Shown here piece after piece: positions 15,223-25,751 of a stretch of DNA of 64,000 nt. This stretch comes from a virus, in IMG/VR virus record IMGVR_UViG_3300043446_002680, positions 7,950-71,949 of that record, one strand, 5' to 3'. The notes beneath the pieces were generated by a model. It was not told the DNA's origin, searched no databases, and was given only the letters and a program-made list of their open reading frames with translations. The position numbers were made by a program, and so were the translations under genes. Position 1 is the stretch's first letter. The number at the start of each line of letters is the position of its first letter.

Positions 15223-16188
15223 TTATGCCCTTAGCTCTGGGGGTAAATTAGCGCCAGTGGCACCAGCGGCAATAAGATTAGTACCTGTATAGGTATACAT
15301 TACTTTGGAGTCGCCTTTGGGTTGCCGACCTTGATAGGCAACATGCACCCAATTTCCTTCATAAATTAATTGACTGTAAGAGTAATTGTTTAGCATGTGT
15401 TTGAATACACGTTTACTAAAGTCTTGTTTTTCAGCCTGACTAGGATTACCGGTCGCACTAATATCAACTGCACACCCTATACTATGATCACTGTTATTTG
15501 ATCCGCCTATGTAATTATTGTATGCTGTGGTCCTGAATGCACTGGTAATTCGAAATTTAAATCCATCTTGTACCAATCTATCTAAAATGTTAGTGCATAA
15601 AGCTATCCAGTTACACTCTATTTGTTCTTTAGTAAAACCGTTTTGTGCTTCAATAGGCATTTTGCTGTCTGCTAATTTAAAATAAGCACTATTGGTACAT
15701 CCATTTAACGGTATAGGCAATGGGGTCGGCGCCGATTCGGCACCAGCATCACCAGGCGTATTCTCGTGATAGGTAGGTAACGATGAGCTGACCTGTGACT
15801 CTTCGTTGACCAAACTGGATATTCCTTGATTGGTATTTTCGTAGACGATTCTACCGTCTACTACCTGAGTACCTGGCGATAATAGATTTGGGACTCCTGA
15901 CGCTGTAATATTACCTACTTCTACTTGACAACTGCCGGTTAATACTGCATCGAAACAGCTGGTTATACTACCTACATGAGCCAATGGACGATTGTTTACT
16001 CTGACGTCACAAGCACCATTTAAAATACAACTAGGTGGATGTTTATTACCTCGTAAACTTAGATGAGGCATAGTAGTATCGCCTACACGAGCAGCAGGAG
16101 AATTCTCTATTAGTACATCGCAGGACCCTGTGCAGATTAAACCGCCTAGGCCAACACAGTCTCGTCGTGCTCGTGCAGCTTTGGCCAT
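15223..16188 (-). CDS. PAAR domain fused to peptidase M15A domain
   Basis: PAARVGD/PLAHVGS repeats; ITSAFR...SDH...AVD...WVHV. Confidence 0.85.
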   Translation of the reverse strand: MAKAARARRDCVGLGGLICTGSCDVLIENSPAARVGDTTMPHLSLRGNKHPPSCILNGACDVRVNNRPLAHVGSITSCFDAVLTGSCQVEVGNITASGVPNLLSPGTQVVDGRIVYENTNQGISSLVNEESQVSSSLPTYHENTPGDAGAESAPTPLPIPLNGCTNSAYFKLADSKMPIEAQNGFTKEQIECNWIALCTNILDRLVQDGFKFRITSAFRTTAYNNYIGGSNNSDHSIGCAVDISATGNPSQAEKQDFSKRVFKHMLNNYSYSQLIYEGNWVHVAYQGRQPKGDSKVMYTYTGTNLIAAGATGANLPPELRA

Positions 16189-16476
16189 TTACTCAGCAGT
16201 GGTCACTGCCACATAGTGTTCGCGCATTTTTTCATGTGTGCGACACATGGTAATCACATGCTGATTACGATAAACTAGGTTTTCTTGATCAGGGTCTAGA
16301 CCAAACATGGCCTGAATTAGTCCAATACCGTCGGGACTGGTGACCACAATACAGGGACGACGCAGTTCTATTTGGTCAGAGTCAGCAGTGACCACTTCGC
16401 CACAGACTTCATCACCACTGAGCAATTTGAGATTTACTACATCTCCTTGATTGTACTTTGTTCTTTCAACTAGCAT
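16189..16476 (-). CDS. Sm-like small phage protein
   Basis: VVNLKLLSGDEVCGEV pattern. Confidence 0.65.
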   Translation of the reverse strand: MLVERTKYNQGDVVNLKLLSGDEVCGEVVTADSDQIELRRPCIVVTSPDGIGLIQAMFGLDPDQENLVYRNQHVITMCRTHEKMREHYVAVTTAE

Positions 16477-16726
16477 TGAGTTCTTCCTTGAGTTTATTGA
16501 ATACGCCTTCACTTAACTGGCTAAGCCCGTTGTAACCATTTTCCACAAACAGTTCACCGTTGCGATAGATCTGTGGCACCGTACGGTGTCCTTGACTCAT
16601 GATAAATTCGCGTGCCTCGGGCACTAGATCCACACGAATTTCTTCGTAAGGAATATTTTTCAATTTCAACAAATTCTTTGCACGATCACAGAATGGACAG
16701 TTGTCTTTGCTGTATACAGTTAACAT
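16466..16726 (-). CDS. Glutaredoxin
   Basis: CPFC, RTVPQI. Confidence 0.93.
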   Translation of the reverse strand: MLTVYSKDNCPFCDRAKNLLKLKNIPYEEIRVDLVPEAREFIMSQGHRTVPQIYRNGELFVENGYNGLSQLSEGVFNKLKEELNAS

Positions 16727-16890
16727 TAGGCTGGCTCCACTTCAACTACTACACCGGCACCGGCCAGCTCTTCTGACACACTGGCCAATGCTTCCAACAA
16801 TTCTGCTGTGGCCAATTTGGGATCTTTGGCTGTGTCTTTGACCAAGGTACTTAACTTGATCACTATGACTTCTTCATGTATTTTTGCCAC
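16726..16890 (-). CDS. 54-aa hypothetical protein (not in ORF track)
   Basis: AAGGAG RBS, GTG start, MAKIHEEVIVIKLS...; TAATG overlap with glutaredoxin. Confidence 0.7.
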   Translation of the reverse strand: MAKIHEEVIVIKLSTLVKDTAKDPKLATAELLEALASVSEELAGAGVVVEVEPA

Positions 16891-16899
16891 GGTTGCTCC

Positions 16900-18003
16900 T
16901 TAAATTTCTGGCAGTAACTCACGCTCTACTGTGTCACTCATTACACCAATCACATAATTAGTTGATTCGGATTCCTGTAGAGCAGTTTGTTTTTTGTTGA
17001 TCATCACATGCTTGTTGAACCAAGGTATTGGTGTTGTTTTTGGATGATCTTCAGTGTATTTAATGCCAATGTCTTTGAGTCGTGTAAAAGCGGTGTAGTC
17101 AACAAAGTCCTTGAGTATCTGACTATTCAGACCAATTACTACACCTCGCTTGAACAAATAGTCAGCCCAGGCTTTTTCTTCTTCTACAACTTCCATGTAC
17201 ATTTTATAAACTTCGTCTCGACACTGTTGAGCAGCTCTAGCAAAACGTGGGTCATCGCGCACCACTTGGTTGATAATGTAAGCAGTCCAATCAGCGTGTA
17301 AGATTTCATCTTGCAGAATTAGTGCAATGATATTACCATTGCCAATGAATATGCGATTTTCCACCATGGCAAGACTGGTAGCAAAACTGACCATAAAGCG
17401 TAAGGCTTCTAGTGCGTAACTGGCATTTAGTGCCATCCAAATTGCTCGAACGTGTGCCGTTTCGTCGACGGATTCTGGATTTAATTCCTTGGCACTATTA
17501 ATTCTGTGTAAGTCATCATAGTATCTACCTACACTGGCCGCCATGTCTACTATTTCTCGGGTCTGGTGAATTTTGTTAAATTCCTCTTTGGGTACACCAT
17601 AGATGTTTCTGATGATATGGCTATAGCTTTTGCTATGAATATTTGTCTCGAAGAAACTCCAGTTATTGACCAGAGCTTCTAGCTCAGGTACACTGACCAC
17701 AGGATTAAAAATCTGTGCCGGGGCACGACCTTGTATGCTGTCTAAAGCAGTTTGTCTTAGCAGGTTACTGGTAAAGATATGTCGAACAGCATCCGTGGCT
17801 TCTTTGAAATCGATCTTGTCTTTGGTCAGTGTGACTTCCTCTGGCACCCAAAAGAATCCTCGGGCGGTCTCTTCGAACTTGGCAATTTTAGGATACCTGA
17901 CTTCTTCGAAACGCTGCACTGTAACTGGACCTTCGGGATCCAGAAACATGTTTCTTTGTAGATAGTTTGTCTGTCGCTGTAGGTTATATTGGGCAATACT
18001 CAT
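16900..18003 (-). CDS. nrdB: Ribonucleotide reductase class Ia beta subunit
   Basis: FFWVPEEV, LDSIQGR, ETNIHSKSY, DEILH. Confidence 0.96.
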   Translation of the reverse strand: MSIAQYNLQRQTNYLQRNMFLDPEGPVTVQRFEEVRYPKIAKFEETARGFFWVPEEVTLTKDKIDFKEATDAVRHIFTSNLLRQTALDSIQGRAPAQIFNPVVSVPELEALVNNWSFFETNIHSKSYSHIIRNIYGVPKEEFNKIHQTREIVDMAASVGRYYDDLHRINSAKELNPESVDETAHVRAIWMALNASYALEALRFMVSFATSLAMVENRIFIGNGNIIALILQDEILHADWTAYIINQVVRDDPRFARAAQQCRDEVYKMYMEVVEEEKAWADYLFKRGVVIGLNSQILKDFVDYTAFTRLKDIGIKYTEDHPKTTPIPWFNKHVMINKKQTALQESESTNYVIGVMSDTVERELLPEI

Positions 18004-20336
18004 AAAACACAGGCCTCACAATGTTCTTGGTCTTCTAATTCAACCAAGTTGGTTATGGTAGGTTCAGCCACAGTGTTTGCTGTGTTACTAAGTAAACTCT
18101 TGGCTCCTACTTTGTTGATTAGACTATAATAGATAGTCTTTAAACCCCAACGATGAGCTCGCATTAGGTTGCCAGCAATCACCGTGGCAGGTACTTTGTT
18201 TCCTGCATAGTAAGCAGGATTGTAAAACGTATTAGTACTAATACTTTGATCAATATAAGCTGCCAGAACAGCAGCAGTTTTTAGATAGTCAGTGCAATCA
18301 CGCTGATCCCACATGAGTTGATAACGTGTCTTTAGGCGGCGATATTCAGGCACCACCTGTACAAACGATCCTGCCTTTGATTCTTTTACTGAAATCAACT
18401 CCATGGGCATTTCAATACCATTGGTGCTGTTCAGTACCACCGAACTTGATTCAACAGGTGCAATGGCCATTAGTGTGGCATTGCGTATGCCAGATTTTAG
18501 TAATCTAGCACGTAGTGGTTCCCAGTCAAGACCAGGAGCAAAGTCCGTAAGCTCATTAACTGCCCGGGCGCGACGTTCCCAAGGGAAAATTCCCTTACCG
18601 TAATAGGTCTGCGCCGACTTACTGCAAGCACCGCGCTCTTCGGCCAATTCTACACTCGTTTCGGTTAGGTAATAGGCCTGATGTTCCATCCAACGCCGGA
18701 CTTCCGCCAAAGCTGTTGGTTCGCCGTACTTGAGTCCCTTACGGGCGTGCCAATAGGCAAGGTTAGTGATGCCTACCCCAAGTGGTTCAAAGTCACGGTT
18801 AGCCAGTTCACTTTGTATACTCAGGAAGTCTTGATAATTAAGTAAGTTGCTGAGACTGCGTACCAGTATTCTACAGCACTTACGCATTTCTTGTGGGTTA
18901 CGAAATGATCCCCAGTTTATGCTGCCAAGAGTACAAAGAGCAATTCTTCCTTCAGCATCTTCAATCCTTTGGAAAGGTCTGGTGGGTAGTAGTATCTCCT
19001 GGCATAGGTTTGATTGATATATGGGATCCAACGTTGTATCGAACGGACCTTGACGTTGGACGTTATCGACATTGACAAGATAGATTCTACCAGTGTCAGT
19101 ACGTTCCTTAAGTATTCCGTTCTTGAATACTTCATCTGCTGGTAGCGTCTTTTTCTTCTTAGTCGCATCTTGCTCATATTGAACATAAAGCCTTTCGAAT
19201 TCTGTGGTATCCCTGTAAAATGCTTCGTAAAGATCAGGAACTTCGTGCGGATCAAACAAGGTAATGTTGCCGCCATGCTTGAATCTGCGCCAGAAAAAAG
19301 CATTGACTACCACTGAATAATCCATTTGTCTAACACGAGTTTCTTCTGTGCCTTGATTATTCTTTAGTACAATAAGGTCTTCAAACTGTGCATGCCAGAT
19401 AGGAAAAGTCACTGTGCATGACGCATTACGTATGCCACCTTGGCTGCAACTGCGTAGGTCACTGAACCATTTTTTCATAAATGGTACTAGGCCTGTGTGC
19501 TTGATTTCGCCATTGCGAATGGGAGCACCAAGTGGTCTAATGCGTCCAATCTCTAAGCCAATGCCAGCACGTTTACTGGCATACTTGGCCATCATTTCGC
19601 CAGCAGCGAATATGCTATCAAGGGTATCATCACTGCTGATAAGAACGCAACTGCTGAACTGTTTAGTAGTAGTGCCAAGCCCAGCAAGCACAGGGGTGGC
19701 AAGAGTGAAATGGCCATCTGAAGCGCACTCATAGTAATCCTTGACATATTTTAATCTACGATCCGGGGATTCGGCATGAAAGGCAGTGGCAGCAGCAACA
19801 GCATAACGCACCTGAGGAGTTTCGAATACCCGGCCAGTGGCACGATTTTGTACTAGATATTTTTCACAGAGCTGTGCAATGGCAGCAAAAGTATAATTTT
19901 CATCTTTGGCATGATCAACAAATAAATCTATAATATTCCATTCATCTTGGGTATACCACTCTAGCAATTCCGGGGTATACATTCCGGCATCTACGTTCCG
20001 CTTTACAATTTCATACAAGCGGGGTGGATCGTACTGGCCATAGACTTCTTTACGTAACATGCTAAGGCGCTGACGACCTGCTACATATTGATAATTGACA
20101 TTGTTGATTTCAGGATTCTCGGTTTCATCTATGAGGCCTACCATGGCCTGTAACAGCAAGGCATCTATGGTTTCAGTGGTCATTCCGTCATGGAATTCTA
20201 GCTGTGCCTTGATTTCTATCATGCTTGGGCTGACCCCATCAATGCCTCTGCAAGCATGTAAAACTTGTCTTTGTATTTTGGAGATATCTAGTGGTACTCG
20301 GTGGCCACTGCGCTTTACCACACGTATTTCTGTCAT
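18000..20336 (-). CDS. nrdA: Ribonucleotide reductase class Ia alpha subunit with ATP cone
   Basis: QFSSCVL, SNLCQEI, APVESSS, C-terminal CEAC. Confidence 0.97.
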   Translation of the reverse strand: MTEIRVVKRSGHRVPLDISKIQRQVLHACRGIDGVSPSMIEIKAQLEFHDGMTTETIDALLLQAMVGLIDETENPEINNVNYQYVAGRQRLSMLRKEVYGQYDPPRLYEIVKRNVDAGMYTPELLEWYTQDEWNIIDLFVDHAKDENYTFAAIAQLCEKYLVQNRATGRVFETPQVRYAVAAATAFHAESPDRRLKYVKDYYECASDGHFTLATPVLAGLGTTTKQFSSCVLISSDDTLDSIFAAGEMMAKYASKRAGIGLEIGRIRPLGAPIRNGEIKHTGLVPFMKKWFSDLRSCSQGGIRNASCTVTFPIWHAQFEDLIVLKNNQGTEETRVRQMDYSVVVNAFFWRRFKHGGNITLFDPHEVPDLYEAFYRDTTEFERLYVQYEQDATKKKKTLPADEVFKNGILKERTDTGRIYLVNVDNVQRQGPFDTTLDPIYQSNLCQEILLPTRPFQRIEDAEGRIALCTLGSINWGSFRNPQEMRKCCRILVRSLSNLLNYQDFLSIQSELANRDFEPLGVGITNLAYWHARKGLKYGEPTALAEVRRWMEHQAYYLTETSVELAEERGACSKSAQTYYGKGIFPWERRARAVNELTDFAPGLDWEPLRARLLKSGIRNATLMAIAPVESSSVVLNSTNGIEMPMELISVKESKAGSFVQVVPEYRRLKTRYQLMWDQRDCTDYLKTAAVLAAYIDQSISTNTFYNPAYYAGNKVPATVIAGNLMRAHRWGLKTIYYSLINKVGAKSLLSNTANTVAEPTITNLVELEDQEHCEACVL

Positions 20337-20356
20337 TCTATTGTTCCTTGTTATTC

Positions 20357-20812
20357 TTACTTTAAATCTAAACCTAGATCAGCAACGGAATATCTGTGCT
20401 TAAGTTGTAATTTTTCGTCGACGAGATGTTTATTTACTATCTCATTGAACCTTAAATTAAGTATATATTTCCCCCGATTCACCCATACTGTGTTGAGTAT
20501 GTCACCGGTATCTATATCTTTATATACTCTTATTTCTAAATTATCTATAGTGTTATCCCAATGGTCGCATAGATATAAAGTATACAGCATGCCCAATGCT
20601 TTTGCAAGATCGCAGTAGTAGTTTTCGTGTACCAAAACCCAGGGATCCGGCCATTCTGCGATCAAGTCAGCGGCCAAGTAATGAGCAACATAGGGTGCAT
20701 AGCTCCAGAGTTGACTAGTGTTTTTAACAGCAGTGGCTAGATCTTGAGTGCCAATCTGCTGTCTAAACTCTCGCCATTCATGAAGCCTTTCTTCAGGCTT
20801 CGAGGTCCACAT
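20357..20812 (-). CDS. Hypothetical protein
   Basis: Packed ORF. Confidence 0.75.
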   Translation of the reverse strand: MWTSKPEERLHEWREFRQQIGTQDLATAVKNTSQLWSYAPYVAHYLAADLIAEWPDPWVLVHENYYCDLAKALGMLYTLYLCDHWDNTIDNLEIRVYKDIDTGDILNTVWVNRGKYILNLRFNEIVNKHLVDEKLQLKHRYSVADLGLDLK

Positions 20813-20814
20813 GA

Positions 20815-22401
20815 TTAAACTATAGTGTTATAGGTGTTTGATTTAACGTCATATGTAATAGCACTGGGATTGCCGCTATTATCACTGGTGTATACTAATA
20901 TGGGTCTGGCTGTGCCAAGGCTAGCATTGAAATCTACTTGTACTGTAATACCGGTTGGTGTTTTTTCTGAATAACTGTCACGCCAATCACAGGTATTAGT
21001 GGCAGCGTCGGCGCTAAAATGTATGGTTCCTGATCTATATTTGGTGCCTCTTTGTACACTGTAGTGCACGATACCTGTTCTAAACCTAGGATTTAATGGA
21101 ACATAATTTACTGTATTATTTTGCACGATTATTGATTTACCTAATGTTTGATATGTATAGCCGTATTTAACTGCGTTGGCTGTGTCTGTACTGACTACTT
21201 CAGGATAAGCATGTTCTACTGTGCTTACTGTAGCGTCATTGTCTTGATTGCGTAGGAATACATCACCTAGGCTATAACTAAGGTTACCACCAAACTTAAT
21301 TACATTATTTGTAATTGTGTTACCATAGCTGACACCAACATTGGCAAGAAAAGTATTCATGCCACTGGTAACACCTCTAAAGTTTTCCACTCTAATGGCT
21401 TCAGAATGAATTTTATCAAATACGCTGTTAGTGATTCTAATGGCTGCAATATTAGCGCCAAGGCCATTAGCTGTTATTCCTTGATATAAATTACTAAATG
21501 TACATTTATCAAAAGTTATACCTTGAGTACCTGCTGTTTCTGCTATGTTAGCGCCTAGTGTAAATCCATTAAAATCGCAGTCTTCGAAGTGTACATTACG
21601 AGTAGGCAAATATGTACTAGCAATAAATGCACCAGCACTATTAGTAACTGTGCTTGGACCTAATCTAGGCCCAATAAATTTGCATCCCACAAACTTAACG
21701 TCGTGCACACTTTCTAATCTTGCAATAGTAATATCTGAACTATTTTGAAACGTAATATTTTCAAAAATAATATCACCCGGGGGCACACCTCCTGCAGTTA
21801 ATGTGTTATCTGCATTACCGATGCTGTTGGTAGTCTTAATTGAGCAAGTGGCAACCGGGCTGATATTATATATTATTACACCATCTTTTGTGGTTCCACG
21901 CAGAGTACAATATGGAGGAATTCTTAGTTCTCCGCTGATCACATAAACACCCGGATAAAAATCTATAACACGTCTGGTCACATAATCTGTATAACTGGCT
22001 AACCGATCATATATTTGATCAATGGCACGTTGAATAGCTGCTATGTCATTGGTGGCCCCATCGCCTTTGGCGCCAAAGTCTTTGACATTTACTATGTCGT
22101 CTAATTTGTCTTGTAAAGTGCGTACAACTGGTACCAATATATCTGCCCCAGTTTGCGCTTCATAGCCACCTAATATACCCTTAAAAGTATATGGAAAGAG
22201 AGTACCAATTAGAGTTTTCAGTGAATGCTGTGTGAGGATTTCTGTATTGCCCTCATAAGGAGCCCCTTCGCCAACGGTACCATTTCCAATGAATAATCTT
22301 AGCTGATCATGAGCCCATCCAAATTCACCGCCGGCCAATTGGCCAATGTCTTCAAAAAAACCTCTGCGGACTTGAATCTGACTGATCTGTACTACTGCCA
22401 T
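20815..22401 (-). CDS. Tail spike-like protein with pectate-lyase-type beta helix
   Basis: N-terminal QIQVRRG...GEFGW; VNVKDFGAKGDG. Confidence 0.85.
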   Translation of the reverse strand: MAVVQISQIQVRRGFFEDIGQLAGGEFGWAHDQLRLFIGNGTVGEGAPYEGNTEILTQHSLKTLIGTLFPYTFKGILGGYEAQTGADILVPVVRTLQDKLDDIVNVKDFGAKGDGATNDIAAIQRAIDQIYDRLASYTDYVTRRVIDFYPGVYVISGELRIPPYCTLRGTTKDGVIIYNISPVATCSIKTTNSIGNADNTLTAGGVPPGDIIFENITFQNSSDITIARLESVHDVKFVGCKFIGPRLGPSTVTNSAGAFIASTYLPTRNVHFEDCDFNGFTLGANIAETAGTQGITFDKCTFSNLYQGITANGLGANIAAIRITNSVFDKIHSEAIRVENFRGVTSGMNTFLANVGVSYGNTITNNVIKFGGNLSYSLGDVFLRNQDNDATVSTVEHAYPEVVSTDTANAVKYGYTYQTLGKSIIVQNNTVNYVPLNPRFRTGIVHYSVQRGTKYRSGTIHFSADAATNTCDWRDSYSEKTPTGITVQVDFNASLGTARPILVYTSDNSGNPSAITYDVKSNTYNTIV

Positions 22402-22425
22402 GGTGTGCCCTCGTTGTATAAGTAT

Positions 22426-23121
22426 TTACCGAAGCCGATAATACTCGCTAACGCGATCGCACCAACGTTGTGTCCACATATCAAAATCACTGGGTTCTAA
22501 TACAAACTCTTGATACTCGGGTTCACTGTCAGCCGCGGGCCTTACAGACATCATGATCACACCTTTGCGTATGTTGGTACCATGAACTTCGTTATGTGCC
22601 AAGGCATAGGCAGTGAGTTGCAGAAAGTAATCGTCAATCCATTCTCTGCGCTTGGGTTTGTTGCTTTGCTTGAAATCAAGTATGGCTTCATCGCCTGCAT
22701 GGACGCCCACACAGTCTGTGGTACCAGCATAGAGTTCAGGAAAGTATAGTGGCACTTCATTGCCCCATACTTCCAAAACATTTTTAAAACCCGACTCAAT
22801 GATTTTCATGGCCATGCGATGGCTGCGTTGGCTTTCAGGATGTGTACCAGGATTGCCTGGATCACCAGTCTGCACGTAGTTTTCTAACCATTTGTGCATT
22901 CTAGTGCCTCGGTTGGCGGCTTCAGTGGTAATCTGTTGTGCCCGATCTTCACCTACACGCTTTCGCCATTCAGCTAGAGCCTGACGTGCTTCGGCAGGTT
23001 TAGTAGCGTCTAAGATTGTGGTTACTGAAGGTACACGCTGACCGGATGGAGTTACATAGTAACGTCGTCCGTTGAGACTTTCTCTTTTGATTGCGTAATA
23101 ATCGTATTTTTGAATTAGCAT
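22426..23121 (-). CDS. PD-(D/E)XK exonuclease
   Basis: PSVTTIL, RGTRMH, AGTTD, DFK, QLTAY. Confidence 0.9.
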   Translation of the reverse strand: MLIQKYDYYAIKRESLNGRRYYVTPSGQRVPSVTTILDATKPAEARQALAEWRKRVGEDRAQQITTEAANRGTRMHKWLENYVQTGDPGNPGTHPESQRSHRMAMKIIESGFKNVLEVWGNEVPLYFPELYAGTTDCVGVHAGDEAILDFKQSNKPKRREWIDDYFLQLTAYALAHNEVHGTNIRKGVIMMSVRPAADSEPEYQEFVLEPSDFDMWTQRWCDRVSEYYRLR

Positions 23122-23159
23122 TTCACTAGCTTAACATACTAGCTGAGCAAATGCAACTG

Positions 23160-23543
23160 TTAGCTGCGTTTTTTCGCTGCTCGCTTTGCCATAGATGACA
23201 CTGTTTGCTCAGGATTCCTGCCACTGCCAAAGTCATCGTTGCTTGGTTCATCGGAAGGTAATTGGTCCTCACTACCTTCTAAACTCTTAAGATACACATA
23301 CTTAACACCCGAGTCATCATCACCGATGTTTCTGATCATGTTTTTGATTGTGTCGTTGTTTTCATAGGCATTCTTAAGTAGGTCCACATTAAACATTTCT
23401 GATCCTGGTATACGCCTAACCAAATTGATTAAACCGTCAACTCGTATTTGATCTGTTCTACTACGCAGATCATCTAACACACTGACTAAATTAGCAATTG
23501 AGGGGGTCATTGCCCCCTCAAATGCAAACTCTTTGGCTCTCAT
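23160..23543 (-). CDS. Hypothetical, probable virion protein
   Basis: Propeptide-like N-terminus MRAKEFAFE. Confidence 0.7.
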   Translation of the reverse strand: MRAKEFAFEGAMTPSIANLVSVLDDLRSRTDQIRVDGLINLVRRIPGSEMFNVDLLKNAYENNDTIKNMIRNIGDDDSGVKYVYLKSLEGSEDQLPSDEPSNDDFGSGRNPEQTVSSMAKRAAKKRS

Positions 23544-24236
23544 TTAGCGTTTTTCTCTACCTACAGGAGCTTCTCCGCCGGCAGCGGCATCTGTGGCTGC
23601 AAATTCGTCTGAGTCCATGTCAAGATCGCTAGGTGCTCCTAGATCGACTGCTGCTCCAGCTGGCTCAGCACCAATGGTATCTCCCATGCCTGGCATGCCC
23701 ATACCACCGCCCATGTCCTCGCCAGCTAGACTGCGTGCCGAGGAATCAGCAGTTTCTCTAGCTTGGCTCAGGCTTTGGCTAATATTTTGCAGCAGATCGC
23801 CCATGGCTGACTTGAACTGATCAGCTTCAGCCATGCCAATTTGGTCACGAATGGTGTCAATTAAGGCAGGCAATTGCTCGACCTGCATCTTGCTGACCTT
23901 TTCTACCATGTCTTGAATACTGTCTACCATGTCCTTGGCTGCTAGTATGGCTTCGCTTTTGCCCATTTCGCTTTCCATGAGATTTTGATTCTCACGCATC
24001 CAGCGGTTAAGACTTTCACGTACCATGAGCAATTCCATGTACTTGGGATTACGCTCAGCGGTGTGCACACCATAACTATGGCGAATACGCTTGATGTTTT
24101 CGCCAATCATGTGCTCAAGATGTTGTGCCTTGGCATAGGTTAACTTGTTATAGTCTAAACTGAATCCGAAACGGCTTTTCATAAGAGTGTTCATCCTTTG
24201 TGAATTTGCTACAGGACTGAAATCAGAAATGTTCAT
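23544..24236 (-). CDS. Coiled-coil protein with acidic tail (scaffold/core-like)
   Basis: GGAAC leader, TAAATA box; helical with low-complexity tail. Confidence 0.7.
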   Translation of the reverse strand: MNISDFSPVANSQRMNTLMKSRFGFSLDYNKLTYAKAQHLEHMIGENIKRIRHSYGVHTAERNPKYMELLMVRESLNRWMRENQNLMESEMGKSEAILAAKDMVDSIQDMVEKVSKMQVEQLPALIDTIRDQIGMAEADQFKSAMGDLLQNISQSLSQARETADSSARSLAGEDMGGGMGMPGMGDTIGAEPAGAAVDLGAPSDLDMDSDEFAATDAAAGGEAPVGREKR

Positions 24237-24248
24237 AGTGGGAGGTTC

Positions 24249-24764
24249 CTACAATTTAATGTATTTAGCCATCTTTAAACTTTTTTCTAATAACTGTCGC
24301 TGATGGTTTAGTCTGGCACGACTTTCTAGATATCTGCTGCGAAATAATTCTGTGTTGCCTTTGTTTTTGTGGTGTTCGAGTTTGGTTTGATAAAATTCCA
24401 CATCATGATTAATACGCAGACAGGCTTGGTCATATCTATAGATTTCGTCAGCTAGTTGTCCGCGGCCATTTTGTTGACAGATAGCATAAAATATAGCAGC
24501 ATGACGATTTAAGAAAATGAGTTCTTGATCATTGTACCTGTAGATCATGGCCCATGTATGATTAATCGATCTTAGAGCGTAGTTACCTATTAGATAACAG
24601 TTTCGTCCCAGTGGTACTATAAGTGGCTGTGGTTGATTTTTCTGGTCTAGTAGGTGTTCTAATTCTTTTCTGGACCAGTGCTTGACCTGTGTAACTACTT
24701 GTTTAAGTGCTCTATCTATGGTTTGTTCAATGGTTAACTTGTCTACGGTATTGTATTTGTCCAT
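24249..24764 (-). CDS. Hypothetical protein
   Basis: Packed ORF. Confidence 0.7.
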   Translation of the reverse strand: MDKYNTVDKLTIEQTIDRALKQVVTQVKHWSRKELEHLLDQKNQPQPLIVPLGRNCYLIGNYALRSINHTWAMIYRYNDQELIFLNRHAAIFYAICQQNGRGQLADEIYRYDQACLRINHDVEFYQTKLEHHKNKGNTELFRSRYLESRARLNHQRQLLEKSLKMAKYIKL

Positions 24765-24942
24765 CTTGATTGCGTCTATACAGCACGCCCTTATTGACTA
24801 ATTGGTTGGCTAGGACTTGTTCACGTTCAGTTAGAGTGTTCTTGATTACTACAGTGTCTGCACTGTCGAATCTAGCTAATACATCGGATTCTTCGTTGGT
24901 AATAGGCATTTGTATGCCATTGGTAAATTCTACTATTTTCAT
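24727..24942 (-). CDS. Small hypothetical protein (wHTH-like)
   Basis: ANQLVNKGVL pattern. Confidence 0.65.
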   Translation of the reverse strand: MKIVEFTNGIQMPITNEESDVLARFDSADTVVIKNTLTEREQVLANQLVNKGVLYRRNQDGQIQYRRQVNH

Positions 24943-25193
24943 TTTAGTGCTACTAACAGTGTGACTATGGCACCAATCAAGGTTAAAATCAAGCCCGAGC
25001 CAATGGTTATCAACTGCCTATTGTGTTTGTCATTGGCTTCAGACAAACTTTCACGTATATCAGATACCATTTTTTCCATGGCAGATACCTTGTCATCGAG
25101 ATTATCCAGTTTCATGTTAAGTTGTCTATAACGTTCGGCACAAAGTTCCACATGAGCCTCCAGGTTTTCTCGTTCAATATCACTAGCAGACAT
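24939..25193 (-). CDS. Coiled-coil protein with C-terminal TM
   Basis: Heptads followed by hydrophobic tail. Confidence 0.75.
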   Translation of the reverse strand: MSASDIERENLEAHVELCAERYRQLNMKLDNLDDKVSAMEKMVSDIRESLSEANDKHNRQLITIGSGLILTLIGAIVTLLVALK

Positions 25194-25247
25194 ATATTTA
25201 GGACCACATAAAAAAATTGATCTACACTATAGTAGATCATAGTGTAT

Positions 25248-25670
25248 TTAATCCTTTTCTGGCAAAATCTTAAAGTACGTGTTTTTCAACGGTCCAGTTG
25301 TCCTAAACACAGGATCTGGTAACGTAATAGTTTCATCTAGACCTGTTATCACAGGAACTCGATTAAAATCAGCAGTAAGTGTTCGAAAAACTTCTGTTTC
25401 TGTACTAACCTTGTGAGGAAATTGAAATTGGAATATAAACTTCCAGCATCGATGCTGCTCAGAATAAAATTCTCCAAAATCGTGATGATCCACAATAACC
25501 ATTTTTGGATTTAGTGGACTTACAATGATATTAACTTCGTTATGTAGTCCTACTATCTGATAAGCTGTTTCCCAATTTCGCTGCTGATTTCTTAATTTAA
25601 TTTTGTCAGCATAATCTGTTCTTATGCCGGTATCAGTGATATCTATTAGACTGTATACTGCTAGTTTCAT
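25248..25670 (-). CDS. Hypothetical late protein
   Basis: TATAAATA at 25676-25683, 5 nt before ATG. Confidence 0.75.
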   Translation of the reverse strand: MKLAVYSLIDITDTGIRTDYADKIKLRNQQRNWETAYQIVGLHNEVNIIVSPLNPKMVIVDHHDFGEFYSEQHRCWKFIFQFQFPHKVSTETEVFRTLTADFNRVPVITGLDETITLPDPVFRTTGPLKNTYFKILPEKD

Positions 25671-25700
25671 TAAAATATTTATAGATCACTAACACAACCC

Positions 25701-25729
25701 AATAAAAAAGCCCTAGCTAGCTAGGGCTT
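25701..25729 (-). terminator. Intrinsic terminator
   Basis: AAGCCCTAG/CTAGGGCTT plus T-run. Confidence 0.8.
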
Positions 25730-25751
25730 GGTAAACAGATTAAACTGCTAA

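Noticed and set aside
16900-20336. Introns or inteins in nrdAB
   Set aside because: Both ORFs are continuous and of normal length.
22426-23121. Cas4 or CRISPR system
   Set aside because: No Fe-S cysteine set, cas genes or array; ordinary phage exonuclease.
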